DNA of 64,000 bases from Mobula hypostoma. Lineage: Eukaryota. The notes under the pieces were generated by a model. It saw nothing but the letters and a program-made list of their open reading frames with translations. It did no database searches and was not told the origin of the DNA. The position numbers and the translations under genes were made by a program. The stretch covers positions 91,638,001 through 91,702,000 of the forward strand of contig NC_086097.1 in NCBI RefSeq assembly GCF_963921235.1, given 5' to 3'. This document shows positions 39,051 to 53,715 of the stretch, in pieces (the stretch's first letter is position 1; the number at the start of each line of letters is the position of its first letter).

Positions 39051-39411
39051 AAATACATATTTCAAATTCTTAAGTGATATGTATCTTTTTAAAACACAGA
39101 GATTGGTTTTGGTCCTGGGATGCACTGCCTGGGTTGGTAGTGAACACACATATGATTGAGGTGTTTAAGATGAATGTACGGAGAATGAAGGGATATGGAT
39201 TTTGGGTAGGCAGAAGAGATCAGTTTAGTTAGGCATTTAATTACTAGTTTAGTTAGTTTGACACAACATGGTGGGCCAAAGGACCTGTTCATATGCCATA
39301 CATATGTTCTAATAAACATTTTGCAATAAAGCTATGAGTCAACCCAAATGAAGCATTGCTGATATATAATCTGCAAGTGGCTTAATAAAACAGTATAAGA
39401 GCCCTCCATAC

Positions 39412-39569
39412 TTGAGCTTTGGTTTTGGAGTGCTGAGAACGCTGTCATCATCATCCATATCAGGGCCACTGTCACTAGGATTCTCCACATCCAAGCTATC
39501 ATACAGTAGATCCAAGTCCTCTTCCACTTCTTGCACATTTTCTGTGGGATCCTGCTCTGAGTCAAGGAC
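39412..39569 (-). CDS. PACS2: PACS2 coding exon (~exon 9), [52 protein letters not shown](K)
   Basis: Overlaps ORF 39339..39536; attgtag| and |gtatgg; 158 nt, phase 0-2. Confidence 0.96.
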
Positions 39570-40104
39570 CTACAATCAATTTGTACAATTTTCATGTCAG
39601 CCTTGCTTTGATGTGCAATTTATCTACCTCTTCATTATATAAAAAAATTAAAGAAATACATTGACTGTATAACTCAGTCTGAATAAATGATTAGATAATG
39701 CAACACATTAACTGTTTTTTATTAAAAAACTACCACGTGGAACACAGAGAATTTTTCTAATTATTCAACATGTAACCTTAGATTGTCAGTTTACAAAATA
39801 ATAATAATAATAATATACAAATCATCAAATTTTTGTAACCAGTTTTCTGCTTTTCGATGATTGATCTCAGCTTACACAGGAGTCAGAATTGAATTTTGTC
39901 TTTTTGAGTAATGAAAGGCAAAAACTAGAATTATGCAAAGTTTACCCTGAATTCCTTGTGTTTCATCTTCTGATATCTATTCACATTGCAGGAAACTATG
40001 CTGTTGGGGACACCAGGATCTGAGGTGAAAGGAGAGGGCTAGACTCGATTGGGATGGAATAACTTGCTGACAATCACAACCATGATAACAAAAAGAAAAA
40101 AAAG

Positions 40105-40202
40105 AGTCCTGATGAAGGGTCTCAGCCCGAAACGTCGCCTGTACCTCTTCCTATAGATGCTGCCTGACCCGCTGCATTCCACCAGCATTTTGTGTGTGTT
40201 GC
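40105..40202 (+). mobile_element. ~100-bp PLE-derived mini-insertion starting at a hammerhead motif
   Basis: agtc-ctgatga-agggtctcagccc-gaaac-gtc-gcct; core intact, one stem-I mismatch. Confidence 0.82.
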
Positions 40203-40551
40203 GAGAAAAATAATATTTGTCAACAACTTTCAGGACATAGAACTAATAGAAATATAGACACTATTAAATGTACTGATCTAAGCCAAGGTTATGAAAAGGT
40301 CAGGGAAGCAGACTCCTATTTCTCAGGTTACTGAAGACAGAGGATAAGAATTGGAACTTATAACTCCCAATCAGTGATGAGCGTTGCTGCTATTATGTTT
40401 ATGTGCTTCAAAAGGGACAAAGGTTAGATTGATCTCTTGCCCTTGCAAACAGTTTAGTAACCATCACTGCTGTTGGAATACCTACTTGATTGAGACATTA
40501 TAATAGAATTACTGCATCTACTAAAAATACAGCAAAGTGCTAATTTCATAC

Positions 40552-40611
40552 CTCGTCTGAAACTTTGAATCTCCTTAGTAAAGCAACTACTTTCTGCTTA
40601 AAGTTCTGTTG
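40552..40611 (-). CDS. PACS2: PACS2 coding exon (~exon 8), QQNFKQKVVALLRRFKVSDE
   Basis: Identical to the recalled human peptide; tccccag| and |gtatga; 60 nt; absent from ORF track in this frame. Confidence 0.95.
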
Positions 40612-41142
40612 CTGGGGAAAAAAATTAAGATATTAGAATCATAATTACCTTCACCCCTATTCTCCACAACTCCCCACCACCTCCCCAAACGGGACATTCT
40701 TGAGCAACGCACATGGAAATAGCTCAGAGTCCACCTATTATAATGAACCTGATGAGCACAGGACTCGTTCATTACCACATTTGTCCTTATGACAGGAAAG
40801 TTAGTCTAAAATTCTCTGCTAACTTTTGGATAAAAGACATTTCAGACAAACTCAAAACGGTCTTGATTGGTTTAAAATATGACAGTGACTTTAAAAATTG
40901 GTAATTTCATTACATTCCCACAAGAACAGGTTGCTTGAGACAGAACCATTTGTAGGAAGTTTGATTCCTTATAGAATATACGCAATGATCTTGTACATAT
41001 TTTCTTTTAGGAAAAAATGGTTTATTGGGGTAGATTTTGTTAGTTATACACCATGGCATTATGTAAATAGATACATGGGGCATAGTGAACATATAGCCAT
41101 ATCAATATTTTAAGATATTGGGAGGAATTAAACCAAACTTAC

Positions 41143-41223
41143 CCTTGTAATTGAGGTTGTTCTCACAATGGTCCTCCTTTGCTTTTTAGGCTTACCCAAA
41201 TCAAATTCATCATCGTCTATATC
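41143..41223 (-). CDS. PACS2: PACS2 coding exon (~exon 7), [27 protein letters not shown]
   Basis: Manual translation; basic NLS-like PKKQRR; tttccag| and |gtaagt; 81 nt; absent from ORF track. Confidence 0.95.
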
Positions 41224-44185
41224 CTGGAAAAAAGTGGTGAAAACAAATCAACAGCATTAGATACGATGAATTATTCCACAGAAAGCACAACTTTGCTTTA
41301 CGATATCAAAAGCATCACTTTTAACTCATAAGTATTCTAGCTGGGATAAGGAAGAACAAATTCAGCTCAAAAACACATATAAGCTGAAACACAGAGAAAC
41401 TCAGTGTGCTTCTTATTTACAGTTAGATATATTCCTTACTTGAAGACTATGGAGAAAGAGTGGAACAGGAAGACTATTTGGATAGATCCTTCCAGAAGTT
41501 ATCCCAGGGTGTGCACTGAATAGTTCATTAGGCATTATAAGCTATGAACATGAGGAACAAAACAAATTTCCCTTATTCACAAAGAGCTGGCATCAAATAT
41601 TTCCTGGATCTATAATGGATGCATTGTAATATTCCCACTACTGCAAAAATATTTAATGGCCATGCATGAGCACACCTTTTTAATAAGGAAAATTTTCCAG
41701 TCCTATGCACCCATTTAAGACTATGCCTCAAGCCCGCAGTGTGCATTTTTAAAACTATTTACTTGGTTAATGGTTGTGTGAATCATCTGTTTTGAAAATT
41801 AGAATGTACTGTGGAATGAACCTAGCAACAAATCAGGTCATGTGTAATGGGAAAGGATAAATCATTCTCATAGGAATTTCATATCCAGTTTGATAGTGAG
41901 ATATATAGGTCTGAAATTAGTGTCCAAGTCTTAAATGAAGACAAGTATAGAGATGTGAAATAGCATTAGCAAAGGTGAGCTGCAAGAATGAATTAAAGGG
42001 TAGTATAATAGGCAAACATGCATGGAAATTTCACATAATTCTCAGTGGATTCGTATTTCAACCAGAGCATAGAACAGTACAACATAGTATAGGCCCTTTG
42101 GCTCACGATGTTTTGCTAACCTACTCCATGATCTATCTAATCCTGCCTTCCTATAGTAGCACATTGAAAAGACTCAATGAGAAGATCCATTAAATTTAAG
42201 GAATGTGCAAATTAAAAACAGCATTAAATATGTCAATTAACAGGCCAGAAGATGGTCAAAATTCTAGAAATTGACAAGGGATGACAAATAATAAAAAGAG
42301 AAAAGATAACAAGAAACAAAAAGGGCACTAAGAGTTTCTACAAATACACAAGAAGTGAAAGAGTAGCCAAAGTAAACCGTGGTCACAGAGGAAAAGACTG
42401 GTGAACTAATAATTGGAAATAAGACAGGGGTTTGGAACATTATTTTGTTACTCTCTTCACAGATAAATACACCAAAATAATCCCAATAACAGTAGAAAAT
42501 CAAGGGCAAAAGGGAAAGAATAAGGAATATTAAAGTGGCAAACTAAAAGATTCAAAGCTGAAAATAACCTGAATCTGGTGATCTCCATCAGAGAGTCTGA
42601 AAATAAATGGCTGCAGAAAACCTAGGTGTAGCCTTCCAAACTTTCCATTTGCAAAGTCTCAGTGCATGGGTAAATGGCAAATGCAATTTCCCAATTCCAG
42701 GATGGAGGTGTGGGGAGGGTGGAGGAGAAACCAGAACACAAGAAACTACAAGTTAGTTAGTGTGACATCTGTCGCCTAGGAAAAGTTGGAAATATTACAG
42801 GAAATTGAAACAATCTTCCATCTGTGCTAATAAGGGAAGAAGGGATAAATGGAACACTTTCAAGGTGCCAAACTGTTACTACAGGGAGCAGCACTGAGGA
42901 CATCACTATTTTAATGGTAGGACCAAGTACAATGTATTTGCTGAGAACTCAATGACTGCAGGGAAAGCAAATTCTGAGGGGTACACAATGTCTGTAAAGA
43001 AATCTAAATATGTTAAACATGTGAGCAAACACTTGACAGATGATCTATAATATGGGAAATGACTTTAGTAAGGTGAAAAGCAGGACCCCTTTAGTGAAGA
43101 GAAGCTATAGTACACTGGGTATCCTCACACATGAAGTAGAAGTTAGAAGGCAAGCACAGGAGGAAATTAAGAAGACTAAATGCAAGATGGAGTGTATAAG
43201 CAGGAACTATACCGAGTACTGGTGATACCACTCCTGGAGCATGCTGCATGTTTTTGGTCTCAAATTTAAGGATGGTGTTGGATACTTTTTAATAATTTTT
43301 ATAAGACGAATTAATGTAAGACTAAAGTTGCATCTTTAATCATTGTACTTTTTCACAAACTCATGTACTTTTCAAAGTATGCGGTGGATTGTCCCCACTC
43401 ACTGGCAGAAAACTGTATAGCAGTTAAACTAGCAGTTTATCATCTTTCTCATTTTTCAATAGCTAAGTATTAACACATTACCCACGTGATGTAATTGTGC
43501 AATCATTGATCGGCTTTCTTTATCTAAGGAATTTCTGTTATCTCAATTATAAAAGTGATGTTTTTTTCAAAGGCGCCATCTTTGTTCTCTTTCATCTTTG
43601 CATTCTTTGTTCATTCACTTCTGTTTCATTTATCAGCTCCTTATTTTGTTTGCTTAGAATATGTATGTTTCTTTGTACTTTAAAACAAACGATCGTTAAG
43701 AATTTAAGACTGCTTGTCATTCCTGAGTTCCAGAAGAACCCGCAGGATCAGAAAATAAACAGAAATCCAACAATGGCTATACTTCCATTGGAGGCAGTTC
43801 AGACGTTGAACTAAGTTGTTTCTTGGAATTAAACACTACGTTGGGTTGAGCAGGTAGGATCTATATCTATGTCAGTTTAAAATAAACAAAAAAATTTGAA
43901 ATGAATTTACTGGGAACTTGCTGAGTGGGGGCCTCCTCTTCCTCTAATACAATTTCAGAATAAGAGGCTGCTCACTTAAGATGGAATTGAGAAGAAATTT
44001 CTTCCCACAGTCTTGAATTTTTGGAATTCTCTACCAGCTTATTATCATGATTGAGAATCATATTCTTAGTCTTCAAGGGCATTGAGAGATTTGGGGGTGG
44101 GGGTGGGGGGAAAACAAGCAGAAACATAGAGATAGCTGCTATGGTCACAAATGGAGACATACAAAGCAACATTTGAGATATTTCA

Positions 44186-44422
<237 letters not shown>

Positions 44423-44887
44423 TCAGTAATTGACTTAGGTTTTATTAAAATTCTAAGCATGATGTGGAGAAATAGTTTTAAGGCCCTAAATCCATATTCA
44501 TGTTAAAAATAGTATAACTAATTTTATTAAATTGCTTGCTGGTGATTAGATCAGTAAACGTACCAAACCCTTCAAGTATAAACTATTCCCTGATAATTAA
44601 AGAGAGGATATATGGTAGGTGTGGCATATTTGGATGCAACAGGTAATTTTGTACAGGGCTCTTAAAGCTCATTTCCACTAAACATTGCATTATTTTACCT
44701 CTAGATCTGTTTGAGATTAGAAGAAACCAATGGCTATTATTAGTCAACAACTTCAATATCCTTCAAATGGCAGAAGGATGAACAGTGGTCTTTTCTATTC
44801 AGGGATTCTATGACTTCAGATTAAGTTTATTTCAGTCAGTGTAGCAGAGGTACAAACACAAGAACATCTGCACATGCTGAAAATCCA

Positions 44888-44985
44888 AGCAACACACACA
44901 AAATGCTGGAGGAACTCAGCAGGCCAGGCAGTATCTATGGAAAAGAGTAATCAGTCAAAGTTTTGGGCTGAGACCCTTCTTCAGT
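44888..44985 (-). mobile_element. ~100-bp PLE-derived insertion with degenerate hammerhead
   Basis: Reverse complement ctgaaga-agggtctcagccc-aaaac-ttt-gactg...ccagcattttgtgtgtgttgc. Confidence 0.75.
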
Positions 44986-45399
44986 CCTGTGTGTGTGGCA
45001 CAGGTAATAACACTGAATTTGGTGGAAGCTGGAACAACAGAAGGAAAAAACATTTGTTTGATACTTTCCAGGCAATCCAAGCCTGTGATTGTTACTGGTA
45101 CGTGCAGGGCCTGACTCCATTTTCATCAACTAAACCATTAATATCTACAGCTGAATCTCACAAACTGAGCAGCAAGGGCAAGGTTCTGGAAAGCAGCTAC
45201 AATGCGATCAGCACTTTGACAAAGGGACAAAACCAGAGCTGGGGGAAATAGAGCAAAAGAATATATTTCATTGAAGGATATACGCTAAATAAGAACTGCA
45301 AATAAAAGCTAGACAGCTAGGATAAGAAACTATATTGCTTACACACTCTGTCCACTTGTTAGTTCCCTGGGTTCTCCAGTTTCCTCCCACACCTAAAAG

Positions 45400-48300
45400 A
45401 CATAGAAACATAGAAAACCTACAGCACAATCCAGGCCCTTCGGCCCACAATGCTGTGCTGAACATATACTTACTTTAGAAATTACCTAGGGTTACCCATA
45501 GCTCTCTATTTCTCTAAGCTCAATGTACCTATCCAGGAGTCTCTTAAGAGACCCTATTGTATTCGTCTCCACCACCATTGCTGGCCGTCCATTCCATGCA
45601 CTCACCAATCTCTGCGTAAAAAACTTACCCCTGACATCTCCTCTGTACCTACTTCCAAGCACCTTAAAAATGTGCCCTCTCATGTTAACCATTTCAGCCC
45701 TGGGAAAAAGCCTCTGACTATCCTCACGATCAATGCTTCTCATCATCTTCTACACCTCTATCAGGTCACATCTCATCCTCCGCTGCTCCAAGGAGAAAAG
45801 GCTGAGTTCGCTCAACCTATTCTCATAAGGCATGCTCCCCAATCCAGGCAACATCCTTGGTAAATCTCCTTTGCACCCTTTCTATGGTTTCCACATCCTT
45901 CCTGTAGTGAGGTGACCAGAACTGAGCACAGTACTCCAAGTGGGGTTTGACTAGGGTCCTATATAGCTGTAACATTACTTCTCAGCTCTTAAACTCAATC
46001 CCATGGTTGATGAAGGCCAATGCACCATATGCCTTCTTAACCACACAGTCAACCTGCGCAGCAACTTTGAGTGTCCTATGGACTCAGATCCCAAGATCCC
46101 ACTGATTCTCCATACTGCCAAGAGGCTTACCATTAATACGATATTCTACCATCATATTTGACCTACCAAAATGCACCACCTCACACTTATTTGGGTTGAA
46201 CACCATCTGCCACTTCTCAGCCCAGTTTTGCATCCTATCAATGTCCTGCTGTAACCTCTGACAGCCCTCCACACTCTCCACAACACCCCGAACCTTTGTG
46301 TGATCAGCAAATTTACTAACCCATCCCTCCATTTCCTCATCCAGGTCAATTATAAAAATCACAAAGAGAAGGGGTGCCAGAACAGATCCCTGAGGCACAC
46401 CACTGGTCACCGACCTCCATGCAGAATATGACCCGTCTACAACCTCTCTATGCCAATTATGGATCCACAAAGCAAGGTCCCCATGGATTCCATGCCTCCT
46501 TACTTTCTCAATAAGCCTTGCATGGAGTACCTTATCAAATGGTTTGCTGAAATCCATATACACCACATCTACTGCTCTACCATCATCAACATGTTTAGTC
46601 ACAGCCTCAAAAAATTCAATCAGGCTCATAAGGCACGACCTGCCTTTGACAAAACCATGCTGACTATTCCTAATCATAATATGCCTCTCCAAATGTTCAT
46701 AAATCCTGCCTCTCAAGATCTTTTCCATCAACTTACCAACCACTTAAGTAAGACTCACTGGTCTATAATTTCCTGGGCTATCTCTACTCCCTTTCTTGAA
46801 TAACTGAACGACATCTGCAACCCTCCAATCCTCTGGAATCTCTCCCATCCCCATTGATGATGCAAGGATTATTACCAGAGGCTCAGCAATTTCCTCCCTC
46901 ACCTCCCACAGTAGCCTGGAGTACATCTCGTCCGGTGCCAGAGACTTAGTCAATTTGATGGTTTCCAAAAACTCCAGCACATCCTCTTTCTTAATGTCTG
47001 TATGCTCAAGCTTTTCAATCCACTGTAAGTCATCTCTACAATCGCCAAGATCCTGTTCCGTAGTGAACACTGAAGCAAAGTATAGATTAAGTACCTCTGC
47101 TATCTCCTCCAGTTCCATACACACTTTTCCACTGTCACACTTGATTGGTCCTATTCTCTCATATCTTATCCTCTTGCTCTTCACATATTTGAAGAATGCC
47201 TTGGGATTTTCTTTAATCCTGCTCACTAAGGCCTTCTCGTGGCCCCTTCTGGCTCTCCTAATTTCATTCTTAAGCTCCTTCCTGCTAGCCTTATAATTTT
47301 CTAGATCTCTATCATAGCCTAGTTTTTTGAACCTTTCATAAGCTTTTCTTTTCTTCTTGACCAGATTTTCAACAGCCTTTGTACACCATGGTTCCTGTAC
47401 TTTACCATCCTTTCCCTGTTTCATTGGAACGTAGGTATGTAGAACACCATGCAAATGTCCCCTGAGCATTTGCCACATTTCTGCCGTACTTTTCCCTGAG
47501 AACATCTATTTCCAATTTATGCTTCCAAGTTCCTGCCTGATAGTTTCCTACTTCCCCTTACTCCAATTAAATGCTTTCCTAACTTGTCTGTTCCTATCCC
47601 TCTCCAATGCTTTGGTAAAGGAGATAGAATTGTGATCACTATCTCCAAAAAGCTCTCCCACTGAGAGTCCTGACACCTGACCAGGTTCATTTCCCAATAC
47701 CAGATCAAGTACAGCCTCTCCTCTTGTAGGCTTATCTGTATATTGTGTCAGGAAACCTTCCTGAACACACCTAACAAACTCCACCTCATCTAAATCCCTT
47801 GCTCTAGGAAGATACCAATCAATATTGGGGAAATTAAAATCTCCCACCATGACAACACTGTTATTATTACACCTTTCCAGAATCTGTCTCCCTATCTGCT
47901 CCTCGATGGCCCTGTTACTATTGAGTGGTCTATAAAAAACAGCCAGTAGAGTTACTGACCCCTTGCTGTTCCTAACATCTACCCACAGAGACTCCGCACA
48001 CAATCCCTCCACGACTTCCTCCTTTTCTGCAGCTGTGACACTATCTCTGATCAACAGTGCCACGCCCCCCCACCTCTTTTGCTTCCCTCGCCTCCCTCCC
48101 TGTGCTATCTGAAACATCTAAAGCCTGGTACTCTTAAGTAACCATTCCTGCCCCTGAGTCATCCAAGTCTCTGTAATGGCCACAACATCATAGCTCCAAG
48201 TACTGAACCACATTCTAAGATTATCTGTTTTATTCATGATGTTTCTTGCATTAAAGTAGACACATCTTAAACCATCAGTCTGAGCATAGCCCTTTCCTAT

Positions 48301-49803
48301 CCAGATAGTCCGGATAATTATAGACCAGTAAGCCTTAAGTCTGTGGTGGGAAAGCTGTTGGAAACAATTCTTAGAGATAGGATCTATGGGCATTTAGAGA
48401 ATCATGGTCTGATCAGGGACAGTCAGCATGGCTTTGTGAAGGGCAGATCGTGTCTAACAAGCCTGATAGAGTTCTTTGAGGAGGTGACCAGGCATATAGA
48501 TGAGGGTAGTGCAGTAGATGTGATCTATATGGATTTTAGTAAGGCATTTGACAAGGTTCCACACGGCAGGCTTATTCAGAAAGTCACAAGGCATGGGATC
48601 CAGGGAAGTTTGGCCAGGTGGATTCAGAATTGGCTTGCCTGCAGAAGGCAGAGGGTCGTAGTGGAATGAGAACATTCAGATTGGAAGATTGTGACTAGTG
48701 GTGTCCCACAAAGATTGGTTCTGGGGCCTCTACTTTTCGTGATTTTTATTAACGACCTGGATGTTGGGGTAGAAGGGTGGGTTGGCAAGTTTGCAGACGA
48801 CACAAAGGTTGGTGGTGTTGTAGATAGTGTAGAGGATTGTCGAAGATTGCAGAGAGACATTGATAGGATGCAGAAGTGGGCTGAGAAGTGGCAGATGGAG
48901 TTCAACCCGGAGAAATGTGAGGTGGTACACTTTGGAAGGACAAACTCCAAGGCAGAGTACAAAGTAAATGGCAGGATACTTGGAAGTGTGGAGCAGCAGA
49001 GGGATCTGGGGGTACATGTCCACAGATCCCTGAAAGTTGTCTCACAGGTAGATAGGGTAGTTAAGAAAGCTTATGGAGTGTTAGCTTTCATAAGTCAAGG
49101 GATAGAGTATAAGAGTCGCAGGGTAATGATGCAGCTCTATAAAACTCTGGTTAGGCCACACTTGGAGTACTGTGTCCAGTTCTGGTCGCCTCACTTTAGG
49201 GAGGATGTGGAAGCATTGGAAAGGGTACAGAGGAGATTTACCAGGATGCTGCCTGGTTTAGAGAGTATGCATTATGATCAGAGATTAAGGGAGCTAGGGC
49301 TTTACTCTTTGAGAGAAGGAGGATGAGAGGAGACATGATAGAGGTGTACAAGACAATAAGAGGAATAGATAGAGTGGATAGCCAGAGCCTCTTCCCCAGG
49401 GCACCACTGCCCAATACAAGAGGACATAGCTTTAAGGTAAGGGGTGGGAAGTTCAAGGGGGATATTAGAGGAAGGTTTTTTACTCAGAGAGTGGTTGGTG
49501 CGTGGAATGCACTGCCTGACTCAGTGGTGGAGGCAGATACACTAGTGAAGTTTAAGAGACTACTAGACAGGTATATGGAGGAATTTAAGGTGGGGGGGTT
49601 ATATGGGAGGCAGGGTTTGAGGGTCGGCACAACATTGTGGGCCGAAGGGCCTGTAACGTGCTGTACTATTCTATGTTCTATGACCTGCCTATCCTCACTC
49701 TCGCACTGTCTCCAAGCTTTCTCTATTTGTGAGCCAACCGCCCCTTCCTCCATTTCTCCAGTTCAGTTCCCACCCCCCAGCAACTCTAGTTTAAATTCTC
49801 CCC
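45400..49803 (-). mobile_element. Long CR1 LINE (subfamily A): upstream region, APE endonuclease, RT and 3' tail; interrupted at 48302-49682
   Basis: YFNARNI, DVVAITETW, GGVALLI, GDFNFP, LDLVL, SDHN APE motifs plus RT ORFs; resumes at 49683; near-TSD aaaag(a/c)cat 45395-45403 and 49804-49812. Confidence 0.93.
48302..49682 (+). mobile_element. Young CR1 LINE (subfamily B), nested in the opposite-strand CR1
   Basis: ORFs 48343, 48691, 49323; nearly identical to reverse complement of 23868-25250; ttctatg tail. Confidence 0.95.
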
Positions 49804-50223
49804 AAAAGCCATGCTGATTGTTTGTTAAAAGTCTGTTGTGCATTATCCCTTGTGTAGATGAGTGGTGGGAGAAATGGGCTTGAGGGGGCAATAGTGAAAG
49901 GGTTAATGGGTGTGTGAAAGTTGAGGTTACGAGGAAATTAGTTGGGGATACAGGATTGATCCAAGAACCAGCAAAGAGTTGAAAGCTCTTTCTGTGTCAC
50001 AACAATTGCTCTTTCTCTGTCACAAGAAAGTCACTTTTCCTGTTATACATTGGCGTTGAAACACTAAATAAACTCAGAGTATATTTCTGGATTAAGACAG
50101 TTCCCTTGTTAATAAACCTGAACACCTCTCAATTGAATAATTGTACTGATTATAGGAATACATGGAATTAATATTTCAATGTACATATTCCTACAAAATA
50201 ACTTATGATACATCCCATCTCAC

Positions 50224-50386
50224 CTGTTGATTTTATTTTTTGACCAGGTTGCATTGCACTGTCTTCATGGTCAATTGGCTGGCTAGACAATGCAAAGATC
50301 CAGATTTCAGCCACTTTTATTGCTGCTTGCTTTAGATTACTGAGCAGAGTGAGGACCTGGCCACCTTCAGTTGGATGCTGCATTAC
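50224..50386 (-). CDS. PACS2: PACS2 coding exon (~exon 5), [54 protein letters not shown]
   Basis: Within ORF 50168..50518; acacag| and |gtgaga; 163 nt, phase 0-1. Confidence 0.96.
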
Positions 50387-50539
50387 CTGTGTACAAAAAA
50401 AGCAGAAATAAATATAATTAGTACTTGAAAATGTTGCTTCTACTCTAGTTTTATTGTCAGTTGACCAGAACTCCACAGATCTTACCCTGCTCTTCCTGTG
50501 CAAAGTAACAGTTAGCATCCAGATTTAACTATTTATCTT

Positions 50540-50745
50540 CATCCCCCATCCACCTTCCCTCTCACCTGGTCTCACCTATCACCTGCCAGTTTGCATCCCT
50601 TCCCCTCCCCCCACCTTCTTATTCTAGATTCTGCCCCTTTCCCTTCCATTCTTAATGAAGGGTCACGGCCCGAAACATCAACTGCTTATTCCCCTCCATA
50701 GATGCTGCCTATCTTGCTGAGTTCCTGCAGCATTTTGTGTGCATA
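50540..50745 (+). mobile_element. PLE 3' pLTR fragment with decayed hammerhead
   Basis: ttaatgaagggtcacggcccgaaacatcaactg...gctgagttcctgcagcattttgtgtg. Confidence 0.75.
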
Positions 50746-51339
50746 ACTATTAATGTTTTTCTTTGCACAGAAGCCACCTGACACGCTGAGTTTTTTCTGG
50801 AATGCTCGGAATCTTTATTTCAGACTTTCAATGCCTACAGTTTCTTTTTGATTTTCAGTAACTGTCTTAGGCATGATACATTGTGGATCAGTTTTGTAGC
50901 ATTTTTTCCCTTAATCTAGGATTGTGGGTGGCAGTCCCACCTTAGACATTTGAACATGAAAATGAGTGCTGACAATCCAGTGCAGAAACAATGGAATTCT
51001 GCACTGCTATAGGGCCGTCGGTTAAACCAAGCCTTATTAGTTTCTTTCAAGTGGGCATAAGGAATTCCAAGGCTCTGTCACAATGAAGTACAGAGGAATT
51101 CCACTCATATATAAAGGACAAATATTCACCACTATCACATTTCTAGAACAGATTACATAGTCTTTATTACACTGTTGCTTCGGGGAACTTACCATAGGTA
51201 AATTGGTTGCTGTGCATCTGACATTATAACAGCTTTTACATTTCAAAAAAGCTCAACCGATTTGGAACCCACTGAAAGCATGTGAAGTATGTAATATAAA
51301 TGCAAATTTGCTTTTAATAACCTGGAAAGTTGTGAATCT

Positions 51340-51980
51340 GTGCCAAGTTTACATGTTCTCCATCGGACCACATGGGTTTCCTCCGGATGCTCTGGATTTT
51401 TCCCCATATCCCAAAAGACATGCAGGTTGGTAGATTAATATCGAAAACAGATCTTCTGCTTTTTAATATTTAATATTAAATGGGAACACCTCTTTTTCCC
51501 TTATTAGGGAGAGAGAGAGCCTGTGGTATGTCGAATTATTGGGTGAATAAGTACTCTTGAGGTACTGCAGGTTTGTGTCTTTATTGATGCTTTGCTGCAA
51601 ACTTGAGTGCTCGGTGGGGGGGGTGCCAATACTTTTTTGCTGGTGGGGGCAGTGTTGTCGTTGCTTTGTTGCTGGAGTTGTTGGGGGCTTTGGGGTTCTA
51701 ACATTCTTCATTCATTCTTTGGGGAAATCCGCTGTTTTTGTGGATGTTTGTGAAGATAAAGAATTTCAGGATGTATATTGTATACATTTCTCTGACATTA
51801 AGTGTACCAATTGAAACCTATTCCTTCAGATTAAGTACGTGTTGAGTGGTAGAATCTGAGGGAAGTGATGTGAATATGGGGAGAATAAAATGGTGTTGGA
51901 GTAGGACTAACGTAAATGGATGGTTGATGATTGGTATGGACCTAATGGGTCAAACAGCCTGTTTCTATGCTGTATATCTT
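51340..51980 (+). mobile_element. V-SINE interrupted by a LINE 3'-UTR-like insert (~51475-51820)
   Basis: gggtttcctccggatgctctggatt...caaaagacatgcaggttggtagattaat; tail aacagcctgtttctatgctgtatatct. Confidence 0.65.
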
Positions 51981-52040
51981 TGTGATATTTGTTTTTTGTA
52001 GCAGATAGCATGAATGATATAACTATATAAAGTCAAGTTA

Positions 52041-52250
<210 letters not shown>

Positions 52251-53460
52251 TCAAAGCTGTTGAAATGCTGGTTGGTGGCTATTGAGCTTGTAACAACAGA
52301 GAAATTTCCAGGCCACAGAGAACTGTGCAGCCAAACAAAAGAAGAGAAGAGAGCAGCAACTGTCATCTTTTTAAAGGGATGAGGCCGTGCACAGGATCTG
52401 AGGAATCTTTCAACAGATCCTGCCAGTCACTGGAATTTGTCCAACTCACTGTATTGACCAAGGTGCAGCCTCAGGTCCCAAGCCCCAGCTCTTAATCTCA
52501 TCAGTCACCCTGCCCAACTAACAGAAGCTCTCATGGGCAGCTTCTCCACACTCATTGCTGAGGACAGAGATTCTTCACAGGTTCCTTACCCACTTACACC
52601 TCGCAGAAGAGTGGGAAGGATTTCATACCAAGTTCCCTGCATATCACTGTACAACCTCAAATGGATATCTTACTTAAAGCACAGAGTGTTAAATACCTAT
52701 GTGTGCTTGAACTGGAAAACAAAAGAACATTAGCACAATGGTATTTGGTGTTTTATAAATTTGCATAAATCAAAACAGCAAAGAAGTCATAATTACCTTC
52801 GCAAGACAAATATTAAATCATAGACCAATCACTGTTATTAATTTTGGCCTTGTATCAACAGTATGCTAAAAACAGTTATAACCTTTGATGCGCATAGGAA
52901 TTAATACTTTACAGCATTTAGGTAGCAGCCTATGAAGGATAAATTTTAAGCCTTAGGTTAAAAAATAACTTGCCATGTTATTCCAGATGCATCACATTCA
53001 ACTTCTGATGTTTTCTTATCAACATTCTACAAGATTCTCATGCCTTCCTACTTTCCCACCCTCTAATGCTTCCACTAATCATCACTGCCTTCTTTATCCA
53101 TTGTACATTCAAGTGCCATGCTGTGCAATGTATATACCATTCCAACTATTCCTGTGACCAGCAATTGACCAAAACAGAATTTCTTATTAACTACCCAATG
53201 CAGACTCAACAAATGAATTACTTGTTCTGTGTTTCCTTAACTGGGTGCCTCATTAATAGACTGGGCATTAAAACCCTGCAGGGTACACAGTATAAATTCA
53301 CCAGTACGATATTCCAAATGGAAATCCACAAAAGGAGACTTCAAGGAAAGTCAGGGAAATTTTTATTTTTCTAATTCGATGAAAAGGGTTAACTAAATTT
53401 GAAGTAATAAAATGTGGTAATAAGCGACTCAGTATGTGAAGAAAAGAAGTGGCATTTTCA

Positions 53461-53715
53461 GTTTCGAAGTTCAAAGTAAATTTTTTATCTAAGTACCTAT
53501 ACATCACCATATACAACCCTGAGATTCATTTTCTTGCAGGCATTCTCAATAAATCCAAAACCATAATAGAATCAATGAAAGACCGCACCAACTCGGTGTA
53601 CAAGCAGTGTGCAAAAGACTGTGCAAATACAAAAGAAATGATAATAATAAATAAGCAATAAATATCGAGAACATCAGATGAAGAGTTCTTGAAAGGAATT
53701 TCTTGAAAGTGAATC
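53461..53715 (-). mobile_element. Rex1-like LINE 3' UTR fragment
   Basis: gttcaaagtaaattt...catcaccatatacaaccctgagattcattttcttgc, shared with 54509 onward. Confidence 0.7.

Noticed and set aside
45400..49682. Head-to-head CR1s as a single twin-primed (5'-inverted) element
   Set aside because: Both have their own 3' tails, they are different subfamilies, and the minus copy resumes at 49683-49803, so this is nested insertion
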